The translations under genes and the position numbers were made by a program. From assembly GCA_963821525.1 (NCBI GenBank), contig CAWGED010000004.1, forward strand, positions 367,908-431,907: a DNA stretch of 64,000 bases, read 5' to 3'. Below the pieces are notes generated by a model that did no database searches, was not told the origin of the DNA, and saw only the letters and a list, made by a program, of their open reading frames with translations. Below, one piece after another: positions 1 through 10,300 of this stretch. The stretch is from an uncultured Gemmatimonadales bacterium. Lineage in GTDB: Bacteria; Gemmatimonadota; Gemmatimonadetes; Gemmatimonadales; GWC2-71-9. Positions within the stretch are counted from its first letter, which is position 1. Every line of letters begins with the position of its first letter.

Positions 1-744
1 ATCTGGCTGGTGCCGGTCGGGATCAACTACGACCGGGTGCTGGAAGACCGTTCGCTGATCCGGGAGCGGATCGTAGGCGGGCGGCGGCTTTCGCGCTGGA
101 GCCAGTTGACCGGCGTCGTGAGCTACCTGGGGAGCAACCTGCTCCGGCTGATCACCGGTCGCCTGCAGCGCTATGGCAAAGTGGCGGTGAGCTTCGGAAC
201 TCCAGTCTCGGTTCGAGCGTGGTTGGCGAACCAACCGTCCGGGCTCCTGGAGCTGCCGAAGGAAGTGCGCCTGCCCCACATGCAGCGTCTGGCGGACCAC
301 GCCATGGAGCGCGTCGGGCAGGTGGTACCGATCACGCCGGTGCCGCTTGCCGCTGCGACGCTGCTGTCGTTCGGCAGCGCCAGTCTGATCAGACGCAACG
401 AACTCCTCGAGCGGATGGATGAGATCAGGGACCGGCTCGCGGAGTTCAATGCCAAGATCGTGCGCCGGGAGCTTCCGGTTGAGGAGGTGTGGAACCGGGC
501 CTGGCTGATGTTCCAGATGCGGCGCCTGGTAATCTCCCAGGGCGACGAGTTCGTCATCCTTCCCAATCAGCGCCCTCTCCTCGAGTACTACGCCAACTCG
601 ATCCGTCACCTCCTCCCGCAGGAGGTGGTCGTGTGCCTCTCGCCGGTCGACGAGGCGGATCCAACGCTGCCGCGGCTGGCGTCGCGCGAGGAATTGGACA
701 TCGTGACCCGGGAAATGCCCACGGGGAAAAGCCCGAGGCGCTAG
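1..744 (+). CDS. Glycerol-3-phosphate acyltransferase (PlsB-like), C-terminal part; 5' truncated by window
   Basis: VPVGINYDRVLED...YGKVAVSFGTP...LEYYANSI resembles the GPAT/PlsB C-terminal region. Confidence 0.6.
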   Translation: MWLVPVGINYDRVLEDRSLIRERIVGGRRLSRWSQLTGVVSYLGSNLLRLITGRLQRYGKVAVSFGTPVSVRAWLANQPSGLLELPKEVRLPHMQRLADHAMERVGQVVPITPVPLAAATLLSFGSASLIRRNELLERMDEIRDRLAEFNAKIVRRELPVEEVWNRAWLMFQMRRLVISQGDEFVILPNQRPLLEYYANSIRHLLPQEVVVCLSPVDEADPTLPRLASREELDIVTREMPTGKSPRR

Positions 745-746
745 TC

Positions 747-1113
747 GTGCAGGAGGACCTTCTGCTCGTGGCGGAGGACTGGCAGAGCCGCGCGCTGGTG
801 CTGGCGGAGCTGCAGGAGGCGGGCTACGAAGTGAACGCACAGGCAGGGCTGCGGCGCGCGTTGAACCACCTCGCGCGAGATCCGGAACACCCTCCCCTCG
901 TGGTGCTGGACCTCCACGGCGACGAATTCGCCACTCCCGAAACAGTGGATGCGCTACTGCCGCCTGGTGCCCAAGGCGAAGCTGATCCTCATTGTCGGGG
1001 TCTATGCGGAGCCGGTCTGGGATCGATTTGCTGCGGAAGGGAATATCGTGCTGCGGCGACCGGTCTCGGTCGGGGGAATTGTCGAGCAGGTGAAGCGGCT
1101 CTTGCCTCGTTAG
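747..1113 (+). CDS. Single receiver-like domain protein (frameshift near 960)
   Basis: LLLVAEDWQSRALVLAELQEAGYEV...PPLVVLDL, continuing in another frame as LIVGVY...VLRRPVSVGGIVEQVKRLL*. Confidence 0.5.
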
Positions 1114-2162
1114 ACCTTCATCCTGGCCAGCAGTTCACTCACGAAGGTACCCGGATCGAAGGGAAGACTGACCACGAGGTCGGCCCCTCCCTCCCGTGCG
1201 GCACTCCCATCTCCCGCCACCAGCGCCACCAGGGTGTAGCCTCGATCCGCCGCTGGCCGGAAACCTCCAAACGCGTCTGCCCCATCGCCCGCAGTGCCCA
1301 TCAACACGACGAGGTTGATCCCCAGGCGCGAAGCGGACGCCTTCAGGCTCTCCAGTCGTTCCACCCGCTCCACCGAGAAGCCGGCGTGTTTGAGCAGCAG
1401 GCTCACGACCCGGGCGAGGTCTTCGTCGGGAAGAAACACCACCGCTTCGCCCAAGGCGAGCTGGGCAGTCTGGGTGCGGCGGGAGAGGTCAATCATCGAC
1501 ACGCCTTCCACGTACTCCGCGGTCTTGTCATGTCTCAGGGTACTGACGCGCTGGAGTGTCTCCTGAATAGTCTTGAGCGCAGAGCGGATCGTCTCCAGCG
1601 ACTCCCGCTGTTCCGGCGTGAAGGTGGCAGCGTCACTCAACAGCAGCTCGGCCTCGGCGGAGGCGGCCATCAGCGGGTTGTTGATCGTGTGATGGAGGGT
1701 GACGTTCAGCTGTCCAATAGCGGCCAACCGCTCCGCATGCACCAGATCCCGCTCCGCCGCCGCGAGCGCTTCGCGAACGGCGCGGATCCGGCGCACCCGC
1801 TCCAGGACCTGGGGCAGCAGCTGGGCGAGCGAAGCGTCCTTCACGAGGTAGTCTTCCGCGCCGAGCCGGAGGGCCGCCGCGGCGATCGACTCGTTGCCAT
1901 GCGCCGTGATCATGATGACGGACGGCTGGCCCGGAATCGTCCGGAGACTGGGGAGAAGCTCGATCCCGTTTCCGTCGGGGAGGTTGTAATCGAGGAGTAC
2001 CACGTCGGCATCGGCGGCCCGCTCCACCGCCTCCTTGGCCGTGCGAGCGGTGCGGGTGGCGTCGAAACCTGCCGCGATTAGAACCATTTCGATCAGGCGA
2101 AGAACGGCATCATCATCATCCACCGCGAGGACCCGCAACCCCGTGGTCTCAGGCACGCGCAC
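1110..2162 (-). CDS. Response regulator: REC + HisKA-like segment + degenerate C-terminal REC
   Basis: VLAVDDD, VLLDYNLPDGNG, DYLVK; then ERLAAIGQLNVTLHHTINNPL (H-box-like). Confidence 0.8.
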   Translation of the reverse strand: MRVPETTGLRVLAVDDDDAVLRLIEMVLIAAGFDATRTARTAKEAVERAADADVVLLDYNLPDGNGIELLPSLRTIPGQPSVIMITAHGNESIAAAALRLGAEDYLVKDASLAQLLPQVLERVRRIRAVREALAAAERDLVHAERLAAIGQLNVTLHHTINNPLMAASAEAELLLSDAATFTPEQRESLETIRSALKTIQETLQRVSTLRHDKTAEYVEGVSMIDLSRRTQTAQLALGEAVVFLPDEDLARVVSLLLKHAGFSVERVERLESLKASASRLGINLVVLMGTAGDGADAFGGFRPAADRGYTLVALVAGDGSAAREGGADLVVSLPFDPGTFVSELLARMKV

Positions 2163-2353
2163 CCTCCGGATGTTTCTGGAAGCCTACCCGCGCGAACTTC
2201 TCCCAGCTGCTCTTTCCCCGCCAGGCATCTACCAGACCACGAAGCCGCCAATAGAGCGTCAGGAACCGCCAGAAGACAGAACCAGCTTACTCATCAGGCA
2301 GGCTGACGCGAAACGGTGCAACGGGACCGGTCTCCCGGAAGCCGGACCGTATC

Positions 2354-2382
2354 AAAAGGCAAAGGCCGCCATCCGGGCGGCC
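2354..2382 (-). terminator. Probable intrinsic terminator downstream of HD-GYP gene
   Basis: GGCCGCC-5nt-GGCGGCC stem followed by TTTGCCTTTT on minus strand. Confidence 0.5.
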
Positions 2383-2415
2383 CCCGACCTCGTGAGGGGT
2401 ATACCCCGGAGCGGA

Positions 2416-3480
2416 TCACGCCCTTGCGTCGTCCAGGAAAACCAGCGCCTGTCTGCGCTTCACCGCGGACTCGAGCGCCTTGTACACGTCCGGGTCGATC
2501 ACAGTCCCCGCCAGGTCCCGCATCCTCTCGACGGCAACGTCGGGCGGCATCTTCTCCTGATAGGGGCGCGATGTCGTGAGGGCGTCGTAGATCTCGGCCG
2601 TCGCCAGAATCCGGGCCCCCATGGGAATCGCGTCACCCCGGATCTTGTCGGGATACCCCTGCCCGTCCCAGCGCTCGTGATGGCTTCGCACGAAGGAGAT
2701 GATTTCTCCCAGATGAGACAGCGGGGCGAGAATCTGTGACCCGACCACCACATGCTGCTTCACCGACTCGTACTCTTCGCTGGTGAGCGGGCCCTCCTTG
2801 TTCAGGACCTCTTCCCGAACACCGATCTTGCCGATGTCGTGCAGCCGGCCGGCCATCCGGACCCGTTCGACATCCTCGTCGTTCATGCCAAGCTCGGAGG
2901 CGATCATGGCGCCCATGTCCGCGACCCGGGCCGAATGCCCCCGCTGATAGGCGTCCTTTGCCTCGAGCGCATTGACCAGGGCCTCCAGCGTCGCGACCGA
3001 GATCCGCTCCAGTTTGCCCCGCTCCCGCCGCAGTTCGGCGGTACGAACGGCGACCTCTTCCTTGAGCCACTGGTTGAGGTTCTGCTGCTCGATCATACTG
3101 TCGCGACGCCGGATGGCCCGGAGGATGGCGCGGGCCAGGTCGCTCAGGTCGATCGGTTTGGCGAGGTAATCCATGGCGCCACGCTGCATGCACAGTGCGG
3201 CAGTCGTGGCATCGTTGACCGCGGTGAGCATGAGGATGGCGATCGCAGGCTCGATCTCGATGACCTGGGGCACCAGGTCGATCCCGCTCCGGCCCGGCAT
3301 CCGTACGTCCAGCAGCACGCAGGCAATCTTCTGCCGTTGTAAGGCCTTCAGTGCCTCGTCTCCGGAGGCTGCGGTGCTGACGTCGTACCCTTGTTGTGTG
3401 AGGAATTTCTTCAGTGCGTTACGGATCGGCTCCTCGTCATCCACCACGAGTATGCTGATTGGCGCGTCGGACAAGGGCAC
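2416..3480 (-). CDS. REC + HD-GYP cyclic-di-GMP phosphodiesterase (RpfG family)
   Basis: N-terminal REC; LHDIGK, HHERWDGQGYP motifs. Confidence 0.92.
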   Translation of the reverse strand: MPLSDAPISILVVDDEEPIRNALKKFLTQQGYDVSTAASGDEALKALQRQKIACVLLDVRMPGRSGIDLVPQVIEIEPAIAILMLTAVNDATTAALCMQRGAMDYLAKPIDLSDLARAILRAIRRRDSMIEQQNLNQWLKEEVAVRTAELRRERGKLERISVATLEALVNALEAKDAYQRGHSARVADMGAMIASELGMNDEDVERVRMAGRLHDIGKIGVREEVLNKEGPLTSEEYESVKQHVVVGSQILAPLSHLGEIISFVRSHHERWDGQGYPDKIRGDAIPMGARILATAEIYDALTTSRPYQEKMPPDVAVERMRDLAGTVIDPDVYKALESAVKRRQALVFLDDARA

Positions 3481-3561
3481 CGTGCCTCCGTCGGTCAGGA
3501 CCCGCTGGTCCGCTAAACCTCAGTCCTCTAAGAATATATCCCGTGTCATCAAGCTGAAAGG

Positions 3562-4402
3562 CTACACAAACTCCACAGCGACTTTTTCCGGGACGAGTCC
3601 GGCAGACCAGGCCCGGTCGAGCAGGGCACGCACCGCCTCCCGCCCCTTGTCCCCGTAGTCCACGGTCCAATGGTTCACGTACATCCCGACGAACCGGTCG
3701 GTTCGCTCTTCGCCGATTCCGCGGTTGAACCGGCTGGCGTGCACCAAGGCCGGGGCGCGGTGTTCGAGAGCATAGACGATGCTCGCCTTGAGATCCCGGG
3801 CCACCTGCTGAATGACTGCTGGGCCGAGATCGCGCCGCACGACATTGCCGCCAAGGGGGAGGGGGGAGCCCGGTGTCCTCGTACCACCATTCTCCCAAGT
3901 CAGTCCAAAGGTGGAGACCCCGGTCGGCGAAGGTCAACTGACCCTCATGGATCAGCAAGCCCACATCCACCTCTCCCCGCAGAACCGCGTCCTCGATCGT
4001 GTCGAAAGGCAGCACAACCTCGACGAATTCGGGCTGGTAGAGCTTCAGGGTGAGATACGCCGTGGTGAGCTTGCCTGGAACCCCTATCCGAAGCCCACGG
4101 AGGGCCGATCTGGGATCCGTCGGTCGCGCCGTCTTCGAAACGAGCCGCGGCCCGTAGCGATCTCCCATCGAGGAGCCGCTGTTCAGCAGGGCGTAGGTTC
4201 GATGGAGATAGGCATAGGCGTGGATCGAGACTGCGGTCACCTCCAGGTCGCCAGTGAGGGCGCGGCGATTCAGCGACTCGATGTCCGACAGCTCGTGCAC
4301 GTAACGCAGGTCGCCAGTGTCGATCTTACCCTCGGCAAGGGCGTAAAACATGAACGCGTCGTCGGAGTCAGGACTGTGGGCGACGTGGATCGTAGTGGTC
4401 AT
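3562..4402 (-). CDS. mqnD: 1,4-dihydroxy-6-naphthoate synthase (futalosine menaquinone pathway); frameshift near 3855
   Basis: HSPDSDDAFMFYAL, SSMGDRYGP, LLIHEGQLT, C-terminal MYVN in the adjacent frame. Confidence 0.85.
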
Positions 4403-5145
4403 GGGGTCTGGGATGCCTGGCGGCGGAACTCTTCGAGTGCCGCCTTGTGCTCCTGGTATTCGGGGCGATTCTGGGCGATTTCCCCGTCGTAGTGACTCAG
4501 AAACGCCCGGTGGGCCTTCGTGATCCCTGCCTTGTCTCCCTTGGCCTCGGCGACGGCGGCGCGGATCATCGATCCGAAGAGGTGATCCTTTACCTCGGCA
4601 GTAATCGAGTCGGCGAGTGCTGCGGCCTGGGGGAGATCACCGGCGGCCACGTGCAGGATCGCGGCGTGATAGCGGAGATCGATGTCACTGCGATCCAGTT
4701 GCCCGTAGGCGGCGAGCGCCATCGGGAGGAACCGAGTGGCAGTGGCAGAGTCGCCCTGCTCGATCGCGTTCATCACCCGGTCGTTGAGCCGGATGAACCG
4801 CTCATCGGGACTCATCTGGCTGATATCGGGCGGTCTGGGGCCAGCGGGGCCGCTCGCCGCGGCGCCAGTGTTGGCCATATCCGGCCGCGCCGCCTCGGGA
4901 TGCTTGACCAGAACCCCGTAGAGGATCGCGCCTATCGACAGGGCGATGATCGACGCAGCCACGATCCAGGGCGTTGACGAGCCCGGCCGCGCCCCACCGG
5001 CGACCGCATGGCCGCAGCGATGACAGAACTTGGCCCCGGGGGAGAGTGTTGCCTGGCATTTCACGCACTGGCGGGGGCCCATAGCGGTCCCGCATTCGGC
5101 GCAGAAGTTTCCGGTGACATTGGCACCGCAGGCGGGGCAGGTCAT
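4399..5145 (-). CDS. Double zinc-ribbon membrane-anchored protein with helical C-terminus
   Basis: CPAC..FCAEC..CVKC..FCHRC, one TM segment. Confidence 0.7.
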   Translation of the reverse strand: MTCPACGANVTGNFCAECGTAMGPRQCVKCQATLSPGAKFCHRCGHAVAGGARPGSSTPWIVAASIIALSIGAILYGVLVKHPEAARPDMANTGAAASGPAGPRPPDISQMSPDERFIRLNDRVMNAIEQGDSATATRFLPMALAAYGQLDRSDIDLRYHAAILHVAAGDLPQAAALADSITAEVKDHLFGSMIRAAVAEAKGDKAGITKAHRAFLSHYDGEIAQNRPEYQEHKAALEEFRRQASQTP

Positions 5146-5161
5146 GAGTGGTCGGGAATGT

Positions 5162-5305
5162 AGGGCGGACAGGCGGGAAGGCGGTAGGGCGGTCAAGACG
5201 GAACAGGTCGGACAAGGCGGACAGGGGGTCCGGGCGGACGAATAGGATGAGCGATTTTCTTGTCCGACCTGTCCGTCCCGACCGACCTGTTCGCCCTGAC
5301 CGCCC
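5162..5305. repeat. Inverted pair of degenerate 8-9-nt tandem arrays (GGCGGACA-like / TGTCCGAC-like)
   Basis: ggcggacaggcgggaaggcggtagggcggtc...tgtccgacctgtccgtcccgaccgacctgttcgccctgaccgccc. Confidence 0.7.
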
Positions 5306-5365
5306 CAAGGCTAGCGGCCCGGACCCGGCCGCATTACCGTGAACACAACCACGGAGGGAGTGACG

Positions 5366-5641
5366 ATGGGCATTCCTCAGCACCCCCAACCGGCAGTTCT
5401 CCCCGAAGCCCCAGCCGCGCGGCATCTGGGTGACTTGGCGCGCAGCCAGGTCCGCTGGAGCGTGTATCTGGAGACTCGGAACGAGGGCAGACTGGCCGAA
5501 GGCCGGCTGCACTTCGTCGAAGGCTCCCGCCATCGCAGTACGGGCTGGATTTTCCGGCAATGGACCGAGCGCGACATCGTCGACCGGTTCAACGAGTTCA
5601 GCCCGATCGAGTTGTGGAAGATTCTCGACAGCCTCAGCTAA
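5366..5641 (+). CDS. Hypothetical protein
   Basis: ATG preceded by GGAGGGAG; plausible 91-aa ORF. Confidence 0.6.
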   Translation: MGIPQHPQPAVLPEAPAARHLGDLARSQVRWSVYLETRNEGRLAEGRLHFVEGSRHRSTGWIFRQWTERDIVDRFNEFSPIELWKILDSLS

Positions 5642-5651
5642 GTGACGAGTA

Positions 5652-5760
5652 GAAAGGACTGAGGACTGAGGACTGAGTGGAGCCGTCGGCCATCAGCCCT
5701 TGGTTCTTAGCTCGGTACTCGGTACTCGTACCTCTCAGTCCCCAGTCCTCAGTCCTCCTT
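5652..5760. repeat. Inverted heptamer arrays (GGACTGA)x3 / (TCAGTCC) with inner (CTCGGTA) array
   Basis: Read directly from sequence. Confidence 0.85.
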
Positions 5761-5774
5761 ACTTTTCTCTCCCT

Positions 5775-7148
5775 ATGCCCCCATCCCGTCCGCCAGCGTC
5801 CGACTTCCCCCGCCACTTCGACCGGGTCTCCAAGACCGAGGTACTGAAGCTGGCCACTGAGTTCCAGGTGGATTTTCTCCGGCTCCAGTTCACCGACATC
5901 CTGGGGATCAATAAGAACGTCGAGGTGCCGAAGAGCCAGTTCGAGAAGGCGCTGGACGGCGAGATCATGTTCGATGGCTCGTCCATCGAGGGGTTCGTGC
6001 GGATCGAGGAGAGCGATATGCTCCTCGTCCCCGACCTGCCGACATTCCGGCTGTTGCCCTCGGATGACGAAGGCGGGCGGGTAGGGCGCCTCATCTGCGA
6101 CATCTACACCCCGGATCATGAGGCCTTCGCGGGATGTCCCCGGCTGACGCTCAAGCGTACGATCGGCAAGGCCGAGGATCTGGGCTACACTCTGATGGCG
6201 GGCTGCGAGGTGGAGTTCTTTCTCTTCGAGAAGGATGCCTCCGACAATCCGACCACGACGACCCACGACGACGCCTCGTACTTCGATCTGACGCCGGTGG
6301 ACCGGGGCGAGGAAATCCGGCGAATGATCGTGAACGATCTCGAATTAATGGGCTTCGAGGTCGAGGCCGCCCATCACGAAGTGGCGCCGGGCCAGCATGA
6401 GGTGGACTTCAAGTACGCCGACGCGCTCACCACGGCGGACAACATTGCCACCTTCCGCTTCGTGGTGCGGAACGTGGCGAACCGGCACGGCTTCGTCGCT
6501 TCCTTCATGCCCAAGCCGATCATGGGCCAGAACGGGAGCGGGATGCACACCCACCAGTCCCTGTTCCGCGGCAAGGACAACGCCTTCTTCGACCCGAAGA
6601 CCGACCACCAGCTCTCAGCGGTAGCGCTGAGCTACGTCGAGGGACTGCTGCAGCACGCCAGGGGATTCTGCGCTATCACCAATCCCCTGATCAACAGCTA
6701 CAAGCGCCTGGTGCCGGGCTACGAGGCGCCGGTCAACGTCGCCTGGTCCATGCGGAACCGTTCTCCGCTGGTCCGGATCCCGGAGCGCCGCGGGGTGGGC
6801 ACCCGGTGTGAGCTGCGGATGCCGGACCCTTCCGCCAATCCTTATTTGTCTCTCTCGGTGCAGTTCGCGGCCGGGCTCGATGGCGTGGTGCAGAAGCTCG
6901 AATGCCGGGAGCCGGTCAACCGCAACATCTTCCGGATGAGCTATCGCGACCGCCGGAAGTACCAGATCGACGATCTGCCCCGGGACCTGCACGAGGCGCT
7001 GGATCGGTTCGAGAAGGACGATGTGATCAAGTCGGCCCTGGGCGAGCACCTGACCGAACGCTTCCTCGAAGCAAAGCGCGAGGAGGTCCTGCGGTACAAC
7101 ACCCAGGTGACGCGGTGGGAGGTGGAGAATTATTTGGGGCGGTACTGA
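5775..7148 (+). CDS. glnA: Type I glutamine synthetase (short form)
   Basis: FDGSSIEGF, HHEVAPGQHE, FMPKP..NGSGMHTHQSL, NSYKRLVPGYEAP, ELRMPDPSANPYL. Confidence 0.96.
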   Translation: MPPSRPPASDFPRHFDRVSKTEVLKLATEFQVDFLRLQFTDILGINKNVEVPKSQFEKALDGEIMFDGSSIEGFVRIEESDMLLVPDLPTFRLLPSDDEGGRVGRLICDIYTPDHEAFAGCPRLTLKRTIGKAEDLGYTLMAGCEVEFFLFEKDASDNPTTTTHDDASYFDLTPVDRGEEIRRMIVNDLELMGFEVEAAHHEVAPGQHEVDFKYADALTTADNIATFRFVVRNVANRHGFVASFMPKPIMGQNGSGMHTHQSLFRGKDNAFFDPKTDHQLSAVALSYVEGLLQHARGFCAITNPLINSYKRLVPGYEAPVNVAWSMRNRSPLVRIPERRGVGTRCELRMPDPSANPYLSLSVQFAAGLDGVVQKLECREPVNRNIFRMSYRDRRKYQIDDLPRDLHEALDRFEKDDVIKSALGEHLTERFLEAKREEVLRYNTQVTRWEVENYLGRY

Positions 7149-7160
7149 GAGGCATGAGGG

Positions 7161-7303
7161 GAAAGGACTGAGGACTGAGCGAGTTGGATGGAAGATTGAA
7201 GATTTCAGATTGAAGATTTAACCGCTCGGGTCGCCGGCACGTGCTGTTCAATTTTCAATCTGCAATCTGAAATCTTCAATCCTCCTTCAGTCCTCAGTCC
7301 TTC
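7161..7303. repeat. Nested inverted heptamer arrays: outer GGACTGA/TCAGTCC, inner GATTGAA-GATTTCA/AATCTGA-AATCTTC; probable terminator between convergent genes
   Basis: gaaaggactgaggactga...gaagattgaagatttcagattgaa...ttcaatctgcaatctgaaatcttc...tcagtcctcagtccttc. Confidence 0.85.
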
Positions 7304-7313
7304 TTACTCATCA

Positions 7314-10300
7314 CTACTGCTTAGCCAGCATCTTCAAAATCGGCTCCGCCCACGCAAACAGGAATTTCCGCAGTTCGGGGAACTCGGAGCTCAGCAGGGT
7401 AAGCAGCGGCAGGGCCCCGAAAGTCAGCAGGTTCATCACGAATCTCAGATTCCAGGTCACCTTCCCCGGCTCGGTACGGTCGATCCGGCTCAATACTTCG
7501 TCGCGGTTCATCTGGATCAGGACGAAGATGAGGCTTCCGACAGTCCCCCCGAGAACCACGAGGAGGATCAGCCGCAGCAGGCTCTGCGGAGGGTAGGGGT
7601 AGCTGGAGAGCAGCAGCGTGGCCAACAGGAGCGAGAGCAGCATGAACAGCGCAAGCTCTCGGAGGTGACGGGTAACCCATTCGACGTACTCCACCATCCG
7701 GGTTCCAGCGTACTCCTCCGCGGCGCGCACCCATAGCCGGACCGGACCAGCGAATCCTCGCCGAATCAACAAGGCAGTGGAGGCTTCTTCACCTCCGCGA
7801 GGTACTGGCTTCTCGAATTCCTTGTTCAGCCCCTCTATCAACGCATTGACGTCGGCCTTCATCGGCTCGAGACGCCACAGCTCGCGCAGGACGTCGTGCA
7901 GGGTGCCCAGGCGCTCGACCAGGGCCCGGCGGCCCCTCGAGGTTAGTGCGAGCTCCTGCGCGGCAGGCTCCTTCATCAAATCGGCGACGACTTCCGTCAG
8001 CTCGGCACGTTCCGGCCCCAGCTCCGTGGCAAATTCTTCTTTCTTGGCCTGATGGATTCCCTGCAAGTGGAGCCATTGCAGATCGGCCACGGCGCCGATC
8101 GCGGTTCCCGACGCGGGGCCGGGCAGCGAGAGCTGGGTCAGGCGTGCCAGGCGCGGGGGCAGGCGATCGAATGCGGTAACGATCGGCATCCGGGCGAATC
8201 CTTCCAGGCACTTTCTCAGACCCAGCCACACAACTGCCAGGCGGAATGCGCCCCATGACGTGGCGATCAGCATGGCGAAGACCGTTAGCCGGAAGAGCTT
8301 GTCGAACATGGGTACCCCGTCCGGCGAGTCGCTCATGAGCGCTTCCAACGACCGCCCGAACTGAGGCCCGACCCAGAAACTGAGGCAGAGGAAGGCGACA
8401 ATGAGCCCCACAGCCCAGTTGCTGGGAGCCACCCGAAACAGTCGAAGCCGGATGGTTCGGATATCCACGGCGGAGCGGCGCAAGTCATCTCGGAGGGCGG
8501 TGCGGAACGTCGTGCGAGGTTTCCGTGGGGAGCTCAACTCGGTCTCACAGACGCTCTCGAAGATGGTCCGCTGCTGCAGCAGTGCGATTCGCCGGAGGTG
8601 CCAGGTACACCAGACTGCGAGGCCGAGACCCCCCAGCACCAGCGGGAGCACCGGGGAAACCATGCTGTCGATCTCAACGGCACGGCGAAAGAACAGCCAC
8701 CATCGCCCCGGGTCGGGCTTCGACAGATTAATGACGTCGGTGACGAAACCGATCGAGAGGCTCAGATAGACCACCCCGAACACCGCCGTGGCGATTCGCG
8801 CCAGCACATCAACTCGCCAGGCCCATGGTTCACTCGGAATCCGCCAGGGGCCGCTCCAGAAATACTTGAGCCCCTGCCGGCCTAGCTGTACCGCGAGGGT
8901 CAGCACCGAGACGATCCCGCTCAGGAGCGCCGTCACACCAGCCACACCGGCAATCGTGATCAGCGCTCCCAAGACCTTGAGGGAGACATCGCTGTTGGTT
9001 CGGAACACGAGCCGGAGCACCGGGGCACAGGTTGCGAGCAGTATGCAGAAGAACGCAACGACCCTGAGCAGCCCGTAAAACCGGTCATGCAAACGCAGAG
9101 AACCTTCGGCCAGCTGGTCCGCGATTGGCCGAAGGTCATACTCCCAACTGGTTCCCGTTCGGGCGTGCGATCGGCGCTGGAGATCGAGCCTGATGTTCCC
9201 GAGGCCCAGAACGAACAGAGCGAAACCGGCGAGCATTATCGCCGCCAATGGCAAGAACGGGAGATTGAGGGACGGATACTTCTTCGGAACTGCGGGACAC
9301 TGGGCTGGAACCTTGCAGGGGGCGGCAAGGTAGCTGGTATCCGAAACCGTGTCGATCCGAATGGGAAGGAAGGTCTTGTTGCCAACCGTGGAAAGCCACA
9401 CTGGCGGCCTCAACCGGGTTTGCAACAAGGAATCTCGAGGCACGCTGTCCCCCGGCTGCGGATCCTTGTCCTCCGGGTATTTCCGGGTTGGCCGGTAATC
9501 GAGGACCGCCTTCTCGTAGCCGAGCTGCATGAGGGTGGCGTTGTAGGTCCCTTGCACTCCATCGCTGCTGAAGGCGAAGCGCTGCTTTTGATCTGCGTCA
9601 GCCGTGAACCACTGGTTGTCGAGAATGAGTGGATAGGTCGCGAACACCAGCATGCCACGAAGGGCGAGGTTCTTGTCCGAGCGCAAATACAGCACGTTGC
9701 TCTCATAGGTAAAGAACTGCACATCGGGCATCCGCTTCCGCAGCTCCTCCCCCAGGAACAGCTTGTCCCGCACGTCGGTCGCCAGCAGGCCTACCATTCG
9801 GATCCGGTGGCGATTGAGCGTTCGCGCCAGGTCGTCGAGCATCAGATCCAGGGCCAGGGGCGAGAGTCGCGAGGTGACCGGAAAGTCCTCCTTGGGCCGG
9901 GTTGGATCGACCAGGTCAAGCGGGAGTCGCGGCGCGTCGCCGGCGCCGGGCAGGGCCGGCGCCTCGATCTCCGCCGAGGGAACCCGCTGGTATTCGGTGC
10001 GCAGGCTCGAAATGCTCATCGGAAAAGGGACGATGAGGAAGTCGCTGCTATCGGCGATCAGTCCCTGCCCGTACTGGGTCGAGGATTCCCGCAGCAGCGC
10101 GACCTGGGAATCACTGAGTCCCAGCCGCTTCATCGTGACCTTCATCGACGCACTCAACTGGTCGTCGGCGTTGATCGTGGCCTTGAAGTGCATGCGTAGT
10201 GCCGGGAGGTCCAGCGTCGTGATGTTCTCCCGGTCGGTCGCCGTCCCGCTCAACATCTCAACGGAGTCCTCGGGGTGTCGGGCGAGCCAGCTCTTCAACC

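Noticed and set aside
489..2081. 530-aa plus-strand ORF and similar long antisense ORFs (e.g. 14653-16170, 50629-52224)
   Set aside because: Shadow ORFs of high-GC genes on the opposite strand, with no motifs.
3437..4402. Programmed frameshifting or true pseudogenes
   Set aside because: Indels are scattered across unrelated genes with no consistent slippery motif.
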